Below the pieces are notes generated by a model, which worked only from the letters and a program-made list of their open reading frames with translations, had not been told where the DNA came from and did no database searches. Below are positions 15,163 to 29,085 of a stretch of DNA of 64,000 nucleotides, piece after piece. The first letter of the stretch is position 1. Each line of letters starts with the position of its first letter. The position numbers and the translations under genes are program-made. This stretch comes from the human T2T-CHM13v2.0 reference genome, Homo sapiens: NCBI RefSeq assembly GCF_009914755.1, contig NC_060930.1. The stretch is one strand, 5' to 3'.

Positions 15163-15351
15163 GTCCTTCTTTGAATAATGTTATAGTCTTATGTAGAGAG
15201 AACTTAGGCCATAACATAAATGCAGGTATAATTTTATGCTAATGATTGTTGATGCATATTAATCACCTTAAATTTTTTTCTAATTAAATAAAAGAGTATC
15301 ACCTCAGCTTCTGAAATATTGCTAGATATATATCTATTTTCTGTTCAGTTT

Positions 15352-15645
15352 TTATTTATTTTAATCAACAGGTAAAAAAAGTATACATTTATTGTATACA
15401 ACATGTTGTTTTAAAATATGTATACATTGTAAAATCAAGCTAATTAACATATGCATTACCTCACACAGTCACATACTTTTTCTTGGTAAGAACAGTTAAA
15501 GTCTACTGTTAGCAATTATCAAGAATACAGTGAATTGTTATTAATAAAGTTGCCATTTTGTACAATAGATCTCTTGAATTTATTCCTTCTGTCTAACTAA
15601 AATTTTGTATGTTTTGATCAACATCTCCCTACTCTCCAACCCACT
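15352..15645 (-). mobile_element. L1MA 3' end fragment
   Basis: aatcaagctaattaacatatgcattacctcac...gtacaatagatctcttgaatttattcct. Confidence 0.85.
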
Positions 15646-15823
15646 ATTATTAGATACAGAATAATGTAAAGAACCTTTGTATCTATTCAGACTGTGTGTG
15701 CCAAATTAATGACACCTAAAAGTTTTTGTAGTTAAAAACAAAGTACAATAAATACTCTGGACATAAAGATTATATTACCCAAAGGAAGATATTTGTAGTA
15801 GGTTCTGTGATGGGTTGCCCTGA

Positions 15824-16197
<374 letters not shown>

Positions 16198-16944
16198 AGG
16201 TAAATATTTTATTCATGGAACAAATAGTTTTTTAGTGTCTAATATATGGCAGGATAGGGAATAGGACAGACGTGGTCTTTGCCCTCATTTACCATAGACA
16301 ATCAAAGTAGATGCTTATGGAACAGGAAATATACTTAATGACCAGTATGAGAAAAAAAAATGCAGGATAATGTAAGGAACTTATATTGAAGGTAATATCC
16401 CACGTTTTATTTTTAGAATGGTAGAATAAGAAGAAGGCACTTTCTTGAATTTAAGAAGTTTCTTTCATTATTGTGTGAAAAACAAAAGTAGTATTCCAAG
16501 GGCACACAGCTTTAGTTGTTTTGCTATGAGCCTTTGATCCTAGCTTTCTCATGGTTGACATCATTTAATTCTTCAAGGCTAGGCCCCAATTCAGGTCTTT
16601 TCTGACCATGTTTTTTTACTCTTCATTTTCATCATAGCACTTGCTACTATTAGTAATTGTAGTATTTATTTCTTGTCTAATTTCCCTTCCTCCCCAAATG
16701 GCTGGATGCGTGTATTTTCTATTTATTTACATATTATCCGGTAACATTACTATATGGGTCATATAAATTGCTCTGAATAAATACTTTATAAATGAACAGA
16801 TAAGCAGAACCCATGAGAAAATGAAATAAAGTTGATTGTTCTGATTGGTCTACAGAATTTTAATGATGATCTCATCTGCTGGATCACTGTCTATTCAATT
16901 ATGATGAATGAAGTTCCAAGAGATTTTATTAGTCGATTCGGTCA

Positions 16945-17161
16945 GGGTCCAATGGTCAGATAAGTTTAGCAATCATTGAATTAAACAAATGTAACTGGAT
17001 TCCCTTATTGCTGGATTCCTCAGAACTTTTAATATCCTAAAATACATGTGACTCTCTATGAGGGAGATACTGTGTTCAGAATTCTGAAAATTATTTTGAT
17101 GTAGAAATTTTTCTTTCAGGAAACACTTGAAACTCCATGGGATATAGTTTGGAAAATGCTT
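16945..17161. mobile_element. hAT-Charlie MITE fragment
   Basis: tggtcagataagtttag...atagtttggaaaatgct, resembling Charlie-type termini; subfamily uncertain. Confidence 0.5.
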
Positions 17162-20100
17162 GCTTACTTTGTTATCAGGTGAAACCTATAAAGTGAGAGA
17201 TCAGAGAGCTTTTCAATATAATTTAGCAGTCAGCAAGAGTTAGTTTGCCTGGATCTGATTCAAAGATGGTCTCAGGAAAGCGCTGAAGGATGAAATTACC
17301 AGGACAGGTTGTAGGTTGTATTCCCAGTCTTTTGGCATTGGTAGACTTTTGTGTAAAGTTGCTTTCAGTTTCAGCAAAGGCCTCTCCATTCTGGGCATGA
17401 ATAGAGAAATAACTCATCAATGCTCTGCTCTGCTCCTTGCTGGTCTGACATGTTGCCTATACTTCACCCCAAAGGTTTCCTGTGTTCTTCAAGGTTCATC
17501 CTGGTAAGATTGCTGTCTGCTGGAAAATCCTTGCACACACTTGTAATTTTTTTCTCAAATGTAGCTTGCTGGTTTTATTCCTTCCTTCTAGGAATCACAT
17601 ATCAATATACTGCATAGCAAGAGGTTCTTTCAGATCAAGAGAAAGATGTCTCTGGAATTTGTGCTTAGAGTCTATCTCCCTGCCCAGTGGGTCCCTAGCC
17701 ATTGGATCCTGCACAGTGGATATTCTCCCTTTCTGAGTCTAACATAAGATTCTTTGAGTGACAGGCACAGACTGCAGTGCAGTTCCACCTGGCCCTCCAC
17801 TTTCTGCAGATGCTCTAATGGGCTACTTGTAGAGAAGCTTCGTCTATGGAGAGCTCTTATGTGCCTTTGCCTTAATGTGGCCACCATCTGAGAATTCTCC
17901 TCTCTCCTGCTGACATTGGTCTTGAGGTGACCTCACGGGCTCACGTCTTTCCAGAGCTATACTCATCTGGAACGGCAGGGGAAGGGAAAATTAGTGAATA
18001 GGAGGTGGCCTTCCAGACACCAGCTGCTTCCATTCAGCCTGCACAATACCACTGTCATCTCCCAAGGCTTGTTGACGGCATTCTTACCCACTTCTCCAGA
18101 GTACCCTGTATTCATGCATTACTTGTGTAAGTAAAATTTAATCTGACACCAGCAGCAATCTTCAAATTCTCCATTTGCTTTTATCCTGATTCCAGCCTAT
18201 CCAGATCAAATCCAACCCTACAACTATGGAAATGAATTCCCCTAGCATGGTGGGAAGTGCCACCTATCACAAACAAGGAGGGGTTACCATATAGGTCACT
18301 GCTTCCTCCTTTTCAGAAAGTACCCCTTAGCTGCTGGGAATTACTAGTGATACAGTCTGCTTTAAGGACATTTTGATATTCTCTTGAGGGAGGCCATTTT
18401 CCCTTGGAGAGGCCAATACTTGAGATTTAAACAGAGAATATAGCAACATTCTGTCATGAAACTGACTATTTCATTTTTACCTTTAAATCAAACACAAAAG
18501 TATTGGAGATGTAAATAATCATTTTTTTCAAAGTGTTTCAGCCTTACGAAGATTTAAGATATTTTCTTCTTAAAACAGGGTTATTGTGAGAAGTAATATA
18601 ATAAAATATTTAATGTGGCTTGCACACTGCTTCACACATATTCACATATTAGATAATCAGCAAATTTTAACTCTTTTCTCTTTCTTTCTCATATATCTAA
18701 TGCAAAGAAAATAAAACATTTGCCCCCATTATCCAGATTTCTGTACCAGAAGTCATACTCCTGGGTCAGAATTCTAGCAGTTGTAAACTGTAAATTCCAA
18801 TTCTTCCATAGGTTACACTGGCAATAGGATGGAAGTTGAGTGTTTCTCTTTTGAGCCATAATTTTATACCACTGAATAAAAATGGAAGAGTCAAACTGCA
18901 CAGACTGATTATTCACTTCCCTGTGTCTCATTGACATGCAGCGGAGTTAATACCTTCTCATTCCTAGCCTTTCCATTTCAGTGGCCCATAATCTTTTCTT
19001 TCTGTAAGGGAGGCAAATAGTATTCTTGATCCTGATTACCTGGATTAACACTGAAAAACCTCTTCAGGCTGATGTCCTAGAGAAATTGAAAAAGTTCCCT
19101 GTCTATTTGAAATGACTTAAACTGTGAGGCTGGAACAAAGGAGTCATCTCTTCGATAATCATCTCCTCTTCTTGTCACTCAGAGTCCAATTAAATAAATG
19201 ATGACCTGATCTTTTGTCAATTGTCAGCAGATCTGGCTTTCATTTTTAATCAGCCTGCACATCATGTGGCCTTTTAAATTGTCTCTTCACCCTTTCCTTT
19301 GTCCATAAATATGATGAGAGTGGGAGTTGAAAAGAGTAGGTTTAAGAATAAGATAAATATGCAGATTTCTGTAAGCATTCTTCATATTCTTTTGAAATCA
19401 CGACTTATCTTTCCTCTGCAAGAATAATTATGCCACTGATTTAACTTGTCAGGACCACTGAACGGCTTCTGAATGCTGTGGGAGCCTTCCAGTCAGGAAG
19501 ATGTTTTAAGGACTGATTTTTCTCATTTTCACTTCTATTCCTATCTTTAACACACATAGTTTCCGTTTAACCACCACCAAAAAAAAAAACGCCACATGCT
19601 TTTAACTGGAAATTGATTGGGTGGGGGGGAGGGGAAATAAGTGCTTGAAAACAAGGATGCATTGTCTTTTTTTTTTTTTTTTTTAAGATTTAGGAGTCTG
19701 TCCTCATTTGTGGGTGTAGCCTCATAATGGGTATTTCTATGCTACTAGGATCAGATGAGTTATGATTCTTTTCTCAAGAAGAAAGTCCTTGACTCACAGA
19801 GGGATCCAAGTCAAGGGGACATCAGGAAAGCAGACTGCAATGTGAAAAGAGAGAAGAAATAAAGATTCAGTAACCTTCGCCCAGACTGATGGGCAGCATT
19901 CATTTACACTTAGGAAGAGATTACACTTCAGTCATACCCTCCAGCACAGGCATCAGCAGCTTTTCAAAGGAAGTTTCTGGAAGCTGAAGTATTTTCTGGC
20001 AGGACTGCAGATGTCCCAGCACCCTGGGAAAAGGAGAGTGTATCTGTCATCTTTTCTTTACCTTCAACTCAGATGGAAATGGCAGCTTTTAATTATGTGT

Positions 20101-20849
20101 GCCAGGACCAAGAGCAAAATAATAAAGGAGAGCTAAAAATAACTTGTAAGACTTTTATTTTTAGTAATATGACCTACCAGGTATTCCACTACCCTCTCTT
20201 CCAAAAAAAAAAAAAAAAAAAAAAAAGTCGCTAGGCAAAATTGAACAAGACACTTTGATTGCATGGCTGAGTTTCAAAGATAGAAAGGGAAAATCTACGC
20301 AACTGGGAAGCTGCAAGTCATTGCTGAGCTCTCTTAGGGGCATTAGCTAGATTTGGTGACCAGGTTTTCATTGCCCTTGGGGGAGACAAAAACCTGGACT
20401 CCATAAAATGGGAAATCAACTAACTGCATAGAAAACCACAATCATAACAGTGAAAAGATGGACTGAGAAAAAAAAAAAAAAAATATATATATATAGTTAC
20501 CAGCAAAGGTAAAACTATCTGTCATGACCTTGTTGGTGAATGGAAGAAAAAACTCACCTCCAAGAATTTGTAACCATAGGCCTGGCCTCATTTCATTAAG
20601 TATTTTGAAAAGATAATGTTTACCTACTGGGAAAACTTGAGGTGATAATGCCCATTAGCGTAGTCACCTGGAGGCAGTAAGCAGAAACGAATGGAAATTA
20701 TTTCAGCAGGGCCATGCTCTCTACACAGGCCATGAATAAGTGTTTTTGGAAGTTGCAAAATACGAATTTATGTTTCCCCAGAACTTCAAATAATAGATTC
20801 CTGAGGTTCACATTTTCTTTAGAGACATAATACAAACAGTGACAAATAA

Positions 20850-21620
20850 AAGATGAAATAAAAATATTATCAATTTATAAGATACTATGGAGTGAAACAG
20901 ATAGATTTGGAAAAGAATAAAAATACAATTTCTGAAGATGAAAAATATAATTGCTGTAATTAAACACTTTATAGGTTAAAGAGCAGATTAGACACAGTAA
21001 AGAAATTGTGAACTAAAAGCTAGAAACAATGAAATCTAACACAATACAGCAGAAAGAGATAAAAATAATAAAACACATGACAGAGAGATTAAATGATAGA
21101 AAACTGAATAAGAAGCTCTCAGTCGGGCATGGTGGCTCACGCCTGTAATCCCAGCACTTGGGGAGGCTGAGGTGGGTGGATCACCTGAGGTCTGGAGTTT
21201 GAGACCAGCCTTGCCAACATGGTGAAACCCTGTCTCTACTAAAAACACAAAAAATTAGTTGGGTATGATGGCGGGCGCCTGTAATTCCAGTTACTCAGGA
21301 GGCTTAGGCAGGAGAATCGATTGAATCTGGGAGGCAGAGGTTGCAGTGAACTGAGATAGTGCCATTGCACTTGAGCCTGGGCGACAGAGTGAGACTCTGT
21401 CTCAAAAAAAAAAAAAAAAAAAAAAAAGAAGCTCTCACATACATTTAACATGTATTCAGAAATAGAAAAATAGAGAAAATGAGAGGTAATATTTAAAGAG
21501 ATAAGTGAGAATTTTCCAGAATTGAAAACAGATATGAATCTGCAAAACAAGACTTAAGTCCTAAGCAATATACATTTTTTAAAAAGAAATCCTCCTGTAA
21601 ATATTGTCACACATCGTTAG
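20850..21620 (+). mobile_element. Old L1M ORF1-region fragment interrupted by an Alu
   Basis: A-rich; agcagattagacacag, atatttaaagagataa...gagaattttccagaattga. Confidence 0.7.
21122..21425 (+). mobile_element. AluS, full length
   Basis: Alu consensus, poly-A; TSD aagaagctctca at 21110-21121 and 21426-21437. Confidence 0.97.
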
Positions 21621-24600
21621 TAGACCAAAACTATTGCAAAAACGTTCTTTACAGAGGAATTTCATGTGATTTTTTTTTTCTTTTTCAGTTCAATAGTAAG
21701 AATTGGTATTTTGCTACCAATTAGGCCACATTCATCCATTAAAGAAACATTTATTGAGTGCTTACTATGGTCCAGGTATTGTTTAATGTGCTGGAAATAG
21801 AGAAGTGAACAAAAGTGGCCAAGTCTGTTGTCATGGAGCTTACATTCATTCAAAAAGTCATTCACTAACTGGCTGTCATGTGCAAGATATTTCTTAAAAA
21901 AGACCTGCACTTTCAAAAAAAAAAAGACAATTTTGAGTCAATAATGATTTCTTAATTTTTCTTTAAGAAATTTCTTATTTTTATTTGTTCAGTTAAGAAG
22001 ATTCCATAAAGAAAGCTAAGAAAATGTTATGAGTAGAACTATACTTTCATAATATCATCACATTTCATAGCATTTTTGCTACTAAATTAATGATATCTGA
22101 AAAATTTCTGCCAAAACATTCTACTGAGAGTTGAGGAAATATGAGATAATTAAATTAAATTTAAAAACTAAATCTGTTGGGTAATCATATCTTACTGGTT
22201 AAAGAAATAAACAGGAAATTGAGATGTTGAATCTCTAGGGTCTACTTCAAATTGGCTATAAAAGTATCTGAAAGCTCAAGGGTAGAGATTGTGTTTGTTT
22301 TGCCTGAGTGTTCTATTTCCGGCATGTAGCACAATCCCTGGCATGAAATAAGTGCTCAGTAAATATTGATTGAATACTGCGTTGTGAATGAATGACCACT
22401 GCAAGTCAACTAAACCAAATTGTACCATACAAGTCCAGTCAGAAAAATGAAAATCAAAATAAAATGCATTTTTTTTCTTATTACATTTTAGGAGACTAGA
22501 GAAAATAAAGCAAAACACAGGAAAATACTTTGGATTCTTTAAATGAAAATTCCATGGGAATTGAACTGTGATGATTATTACAATTTCAAATTTTATGATC
22601 TGAATGAGTTATTCACTCATTTGTATTAAGTATAAGCATAAGGATAGAAAATCTAGTGTCTGACCATTCTTGTCAAGAAGAATCACTTATTGGCAAACCG
22701 TCTGTATTTGGGATAAAATGGTTAAGGCAGTGCCTATAATGTAAAAGAAAATTAAATATAATGGCTAAATAGAATGGCTAACTCTGATTAAAAAAAAATC
22801 CTTAACATTTGCTGAACGCTTCAATTTTTTGGTAAGTAGATGAGGCTCTGGATCAGCATAAAACAAAATAAATTTAAGGCATATTTGTGCCAGAAATTTC
22901 AGTCTGCATTTTTCAGACAGGAATAATCATATTGTAATCCTACTTGAGATCAAATTAATCTCAAAAAGAAAGTTCCCAGGGGACAAAAAGCACCTTTTTT
23001 TTAGCTTTATGTGCACAGCATCTGGCATTGTGGGTACCATGTGCAGGTCCAGTTCACTGTCTCTGTTGCCACTGATACTGGTGAATTAAAGTCCAGGCAA
23101 GAACGGAAGCACCACAGCACCACAGGACCACATGGACTTTGAAACGGCAAATATTACTACAGGGCATGAGCTCACTATTTTAAAATTTTAGGGTGAAAGA
23201 GGTCCTTAGTAAATATTGAAGCTGATTAGCAATTGGCATAAACATAAAATATATTGGAAACTGACATCTTTGGACCCTAAGCTGGTTTGGGTTTAAAAAA
23301 TGGATGCTGGTGATAATTTGAATGCAGAAAATTATGTCTAGAGCCTAAGGTGCAGGTAAAGGAAGGAGAAAATGGGTAGCTAAAGTAATCAACACAAAAT
23401 GCTAAAGCAATTATGTGGCCCAAGTCAAAACAAACAAACAAACAAAAATAAAACTGGCCATGTAGGCCAGTTACCCAGAAGGAGTATAACCCCAAGTAGG
23501 AGAAAGCATACATATCAGAGTAAACTGTTAATTACTAACTTTAAAAAGTGAGTATTATCAAAGATATTGGGGACACAGGTATGTGGAGTAAGTGCCAGGA
23601 AATTAGTTCCTGGGGGGTGGGTGGTTATTTGAACTATCCTGGGATTCTCTGGACGCAATTTCTATATTGAGGTATCATCATTGGAAAACGCTGAGAAATG
23701 ATATCTTAACTTTTCCAGAAGACCCAGAATAATCATAGGGACTATTAACTAATTCATTAGGAAGATAGGGAATTTTTTCTTTCCCCAAATAAGGATGGCA
23801 AACAGAATTCAAATACTTTTCACAACCTTTCATCATTGTGCTGTTATAATGACTGAAGACACATTGGGTTTTTAATTATTAGCAATCTGACTAGCACTGC
23901 ATAACAAAGTTTACTTGCTAATTGAGATGAAATGTGTTTTGTCATCAACAAATTGAAACAATATTGTGTAAGCATGCTACAATATTTATGTCTCTCTCTT
24001 TCTATCCTACTATGAAAACATCATTAGTTTAGCACCATTTGGTCATCATAATCTCTCTTTGTTTCACAGCAATTCCAAAGGCATCAAATATTCCAGTGTA
24101 ATGCACTCAATATGTTGAGCTGCACTTATTAATTTTGGAAATTAAATGGTTATGCTTATTAATGTGAGCTTTCACCACTCTTCAAGCTTTCAAAACTGAA
24201 TTGAAAAAAATGGCATTACGTGAATCTACATTTGGAAAATGTGAATATCGTCAGTGTTCTTTTTTGTTGAGGGGAGGGATTCTTGAAGGGCAAACTAAAT
24301 TGTTTCTGTTCTATATGCATAGGTTGGAGAGACGCAGCTTATCAAAAAGACGGGAAATAAAACAGCAGGGTAACCATTATAGAGCTTCAATTTAGAATGT
24401 TTGAATTTTTGTGCCCAGCGTATCTCTTTTGTGGTACATCTGAAAGTCACAAAGATCAATAGGAGGGGGTTTTAGGAGGCACGCAGCCTGACGGTCCAGT
24501 GTGTTGCTTATGTCCAGTTCCTTAATGCCTAAGTTCTCAGGGTTGGGAAAGAGGCCAGACAATATATATTTTTGGATTTAAATGTATTTTAGGTTGGAAT

Positions 24601-26611
24601 ATCTTTTTTAAAGGACATGGGAATGACTAGATAATTGGTCTCAGTGTCACCTCTTGACCACAGTAAATGTGTTTTCTCTTTAAATAAATGAATCTAGAAG
24701 AAACTACAAAGGAGTGCCCTCCGTTTTAGCTCAGGATTCACGTACTCTGACATAGCATGGAGGAGGAATGTGCCAAGATGGATGAGAAAAAACCATTGGT
24801 GAAAAAGTTTCAGATGAATTGTGAACTCTTTTTCACTCTCCATATATATGATGTTTTGGCAAAATCTATAACATTGATGGTCATGCTTTTTAGTTTCTGG
24901 CACTTCCTGTAAAGCAAGTTTGTTGGCTTTACCTGGAGAAAGAATTATGCTGACAGGCAGTATCCATTACTGACCTGACAATTTTGTCTCCCGTGCTATC
25001 TGTCATCTTTGTATTCATTTGTCTTAGAGTCATTCTATTCCTTGAAGAAATGAGACTGCCATCTTCTGGTGGCCTTCAGTGTAGTTAGGTGACTATCGTT
25101 AATACAGTCATTGTCTTTGCTATAAGATGTTACCCTTCTGCTGTTTATATCATTAAAATATGCTTGTCTTAGGCTTAGGGAATAAAAACTCAGATTTGGC
25201 CCACAAAAAGGAGAACTTATCATGTGTCGACATTTTTACCACTTTCTTTTAATGTTCATAACCACTCATCTGTGTTATAGTTTTTACAGTGGAATAAAAA
25301 ACTATTTTACAATTCATTTCCAGACATTTCAGAACTATCTATGAAAAATTATTAGAATTGCTCATAAGGTATAATAAACATGATTTTGTGTATAGAATCA
25401 TACGTAGTACAGAACTATGAACATCAGCAGTACATGATGCATGCAGATGACTATATAATAATATAGTGTCTACATGTAAAATAAAATGTACAGTGTTTTC
25501 TAATTACATAAAAGGCAGCCATATGGCTAAACATATAATGTTAAATGTAATATAATATCTCTACTTTACAAAAGAGATTATTAAAACTCAGATGGGTGCC
25601 CCAAGTCATATAAGAAGCAAAATTAAAATGTATAATAATATATTCTGAATCCAAAGCTGGTGTCAATTTCTGCCTAGTTATTAGCCTTTAAGGCTTGTAG
25701 AAAAGACAAAAAGCAGGGGAATGCAATAACTTTCTGTAAGATAAATGTATCTGACTTATATTTTTCAGTATGGAAAATTTTTCTATTTTGTTCACTAGTG
25801 ATTTTCTATTTTGTTGACAGTGATTCAAAAATATTTCTTTCTTGTACCTGCTGCCTCTCATGACATTTTTTTCAACAGATACCATGTCTCAGCCAATTTC
25901 TTCTCTCTTTTACCAGGGATAATTTAGATAACACATAATTTGTGTTGGAAAAAAACTTCTTCAGTTCTCACACTGATTATCTATCTATATTTCTACTACC
26001 TTTTAGCAGAAAGGATTTGAAATGTCCAATATACATCCTGAAGACATGTCGGTTCCTTAAATATTCTGTGAAATCAGACATTAACAATGAGCATAGCATT
26101 TAATAAAAAATTGCCTGGAAATTATGTTCATTATCTTTTGTTAAGGTAATTAATACTGTGACTACTAGCCAAGCAACACCAGGAACACAGGCGTATCAAA
26201 GTTAAATTCATTAGTGTAATTAACACATACCAAGGCTACCGTAGGGTATTTCAGAAAAGAGGGAGTTAGGCGACAGTATTACTTGTAGGCTGGAGCTAAT
26301 CACAGGCAGGTCTTCTGAGATACTGGTCAGAATTTGTAAACTCGGGGGTTTTTGAACAATCAGAAGGCTTATGAATCTGGGAAAAGTTAGATCGGTTTAT
26401 CTGTGGTTTTATCTTGGAACGTATGTCTGAATGGAATGAAAATTGTGATCTCAGATAATTTGCTTCCATTTAATGATTTAGGATACTTTACCTGTTTTGT
26501 GAGCCAGAGGACAGTTTTGCAAGTCGATTCTATGTCAGTTCTCAATAGCAGAATAATTTTATTGTTGGAAGTTTTATTCTGCAGAGATAAAATATGAGAT
26601 TCTTCCTTCTT

Positions 26612-26852
26612 TTTTTTTCTTTAATTATTATTTATTTATTTATTTATTTTTTTGAGACGGAGTCTCGCTCTGTCGCCCAGGCTGGAGTGCAGTGGCGCGA
26701 TCTCGGCTCACTGTAGGCTCCGCATCCAGGCTTCACGCCATTCTTCTGCCTCAGCCTCCCGAGTAGCTGGGACTACGGTGCCCGGCACCACGCCTGGCTA
26801 ATTTTGCTGTATTTTTAGTAGAGACGGGGTTTCACCGTGTTATCCAGGATGG
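26612..26852 (-). mobile_element. 5'-truncated AluY
   Basis: CpG-rich AluY; stops at ccaggatgg (lacks Pol III A/B boxes); TSD gagattcttccttctt at 26596-26611 and 26853-26868. Confidence 0.95.
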
Positions 26853-27097
26853 GAGATTCTTCCTTCTTAAACAGATGTTTATTCAATTCATTCTTCAACT
26901 ATTTATAAACTATCAATATGTGGCAGATACTGTGCTATTGCTACATCGCATTTATAATCTAGCTAGCAGTGATTTAATTATATGATTAAAGCAACCCTCA
27001 TTTAGCTTTTCCAGCTGTGTCTTCATTTTTAAAAAAGATTATTTTTAATTCAATTACCAGCTAATTCATATGAGAAGATATTTGGAGTTTACCTACC

Positions 27098-27545
27098 GTG
27101 GCAGAGACTGCCAACCGACTTAGCCATATAGGTCTTGATTTGTAGAGGAACACATGGCTACCTGAAATTACAACTTCATTTCTCTACTTTTTGTAGTGAA
27201 GTGTGGCCACCTGATGAAGTGATGGCAACAAGATATAAGTGAAAACGGTATTTATATTCCAGGAAGCACGTACAGTGCAAAAGAAGGATGGATACTCTCT
27301 TCAAAACTACCTCCATCCTGCTACCCCAATGCCTGGGATGCAGAAGTGATGACTGGAGTTTGATCAGCCATGTTAGGTAATGAGGTAGAATCTATGTGAT
27401 AAGGATGGCAGAGGAACAACACAGAAGAAACCAGTGCCTTTAAGGATCATTTAATCCCATGGTCACTTCCCTCTAGAATTCGTTTACTTGTGCAAGAAAT
27501 ATGTTTATCTTATTTAAACCATTTCTACTTTGGGCTTTCCATCAC
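27098..27545 (+). mobile_element. Old MaLR LTR (MLT1I/J-like)
   Basis: gtggcagagactgc...gtgtggccac...gcctgggatgcagaagtgatgactggag...aaggatggcagag...ttatttaaacca. Confidence 0.65.
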
Positions 27546-28428
27546 TACTTTAAGTTTGTTCTGCTCAAGAGTAAAATAAGCAAGAATTAAAGTTATCACA
27601 AATAAGCCCTTCCACCCCACCCCTGGAAGGGACAACAGCTGAAATAGTGAATATTTAAAGCTTTAGAAATTTTCAATTATGAGATTGTACAAAGCTTCTT
27701 AAATAGCACTTCTTGTATTTTAGAAAACTTTGCATATTTGAACTTATTTGATCCTTATGGCAAATTCATAAGGGAGACAGGAAAAGTACTAATGATCTCA
27801 TTTTAGAGACAAAGGAACTATGACTCAGAAGAATTATCACATATCCAAATTCATTGAGTGTATTAGTAACACTTCCAGAGCTAAAATCCAGCCCATCCCT
27901 GGCCCAGAGATTTTTCGACTGCAATTGTTGAACTCACATTTTTCTTTAGCACTCAATAATCGTGAGAAGTTAATAAAGACACTACATTTTGGTAATAGCA
28001 ACTTAAATTTGAATTAAATCCACAACTGAAATAGGAAGTTTTATCTTTTTGGAGGCACTCAACTAGAAAAGGTTAAGTCTGGGAGTCCTGGGTTCTAACG
28101 CTGAGACTGCATACAAACTTGACTTCTTGTTTGTTAAATGAAAGGGATAAAAGTGATTATCTCTAAGGAATACATTCTCTCTAGGGTCTCATCCAGCATA
28201 GATACCCTCTGATCAGCTATAAGACTGTAACCCACATACACCTGTCTGCTTCCTATTTTGGGAGAAACCTTAAAATAATCAGAGAATATTTATTGGTTTA
28301 AAAAAACAACAATGCTTCCATTAGATATTTGGGGCCACTCTATTGCAGGAATCCTTATCTGAGAATAAATATCACTAAAGCTTTGTATGAATTGGGAATA
28401 ATTCAATTTCTGCTAGTTTTCATGGAAG

Positions 28429-28620
28429 TAGGGTTGCCATATTTAGCAAATAAAAATACAAGATACTCAGCTAAGTCTGAATTTCAAGTAAACAGTGAAT
28501 AGTTTTTTAGTATAAGTATGTCCCTTGCAATATTTGGGAAATACTTATACAAAGAATTATTTGTTGTTAACCTGAAATTCAAATTTGACTGAGTATCTTT
28601 GGTTTTATCTGGCAATCCTA
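28429..28620. mobile_element. MER53 palindromic hAT MITE
   Basis: TIRs tagggttgcca/tggcaatccta; 8-bp TSD catggaag (28421-28428) / catggcag (28621-28628); ~190 bp imperfect palindrome. Confidence 0.9.
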
Positions 28621-28629
28621 CATGGCAGG

Positions 28630-29085
28630 TACTACAAACTGGCTCGTTCACTATTCAACCTCCTTCTGGTGTATTCCTAGACATGGAAAGGTGTAGGGCA
28701 TTTTGCATGTGATTTAAGTATGGTCAGTCTGATGTGCTTGTTCAAGACTCAAATTCAGAACTGGGTTACATAGCAAAAGAGGACATGAAACTCCATCTTA
28801 CTGGTGCAGACCTTACAAAGGCAATGTTCTTCCGGAGCTAACAGATTGTAAGCACAACTTTCCTGTTTCATAAGCTGCTTCTTGGTCATGGCGGGAGAAT
28901 CAATTATTTCAGTGGTCCAAATATATGTGGTACATCCTTGAGGATCATCCCTACAAACTCAGCTGAGAGTCTAATTTTTTTGGTCTTGATTCTATAATAA
29001 ATTGTCTTGATCCTGTAACAAATTCTGTTCTGCTTAAAGTATTTGGAAAAGTTTTATCTTCTCTGTGACTAGACCATAACTGATA
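28630..29085 (+). mobile_element. Probable ancient ERVL-type LTR
   Basis: 3' end ...ttctgcttaaagta...gactagaccataactgata resembles old ERVL LTR termini; family not determined. Confidence 0.4.

Noticed and set aside
10230-15258. 16-bp inverted match tatgcatcaacaatca (10230-10245 vs 15243-15258)
   Set aside because: About one 16-mer match is expected by chance in a 64-kb window, more when AT-rich; no extension
16862-16910. Two ATGATGA (C-box-like) motifs suggesting a C/D snoRNA
   Set aside because: No suitably placed CTGA D box or terminal stem
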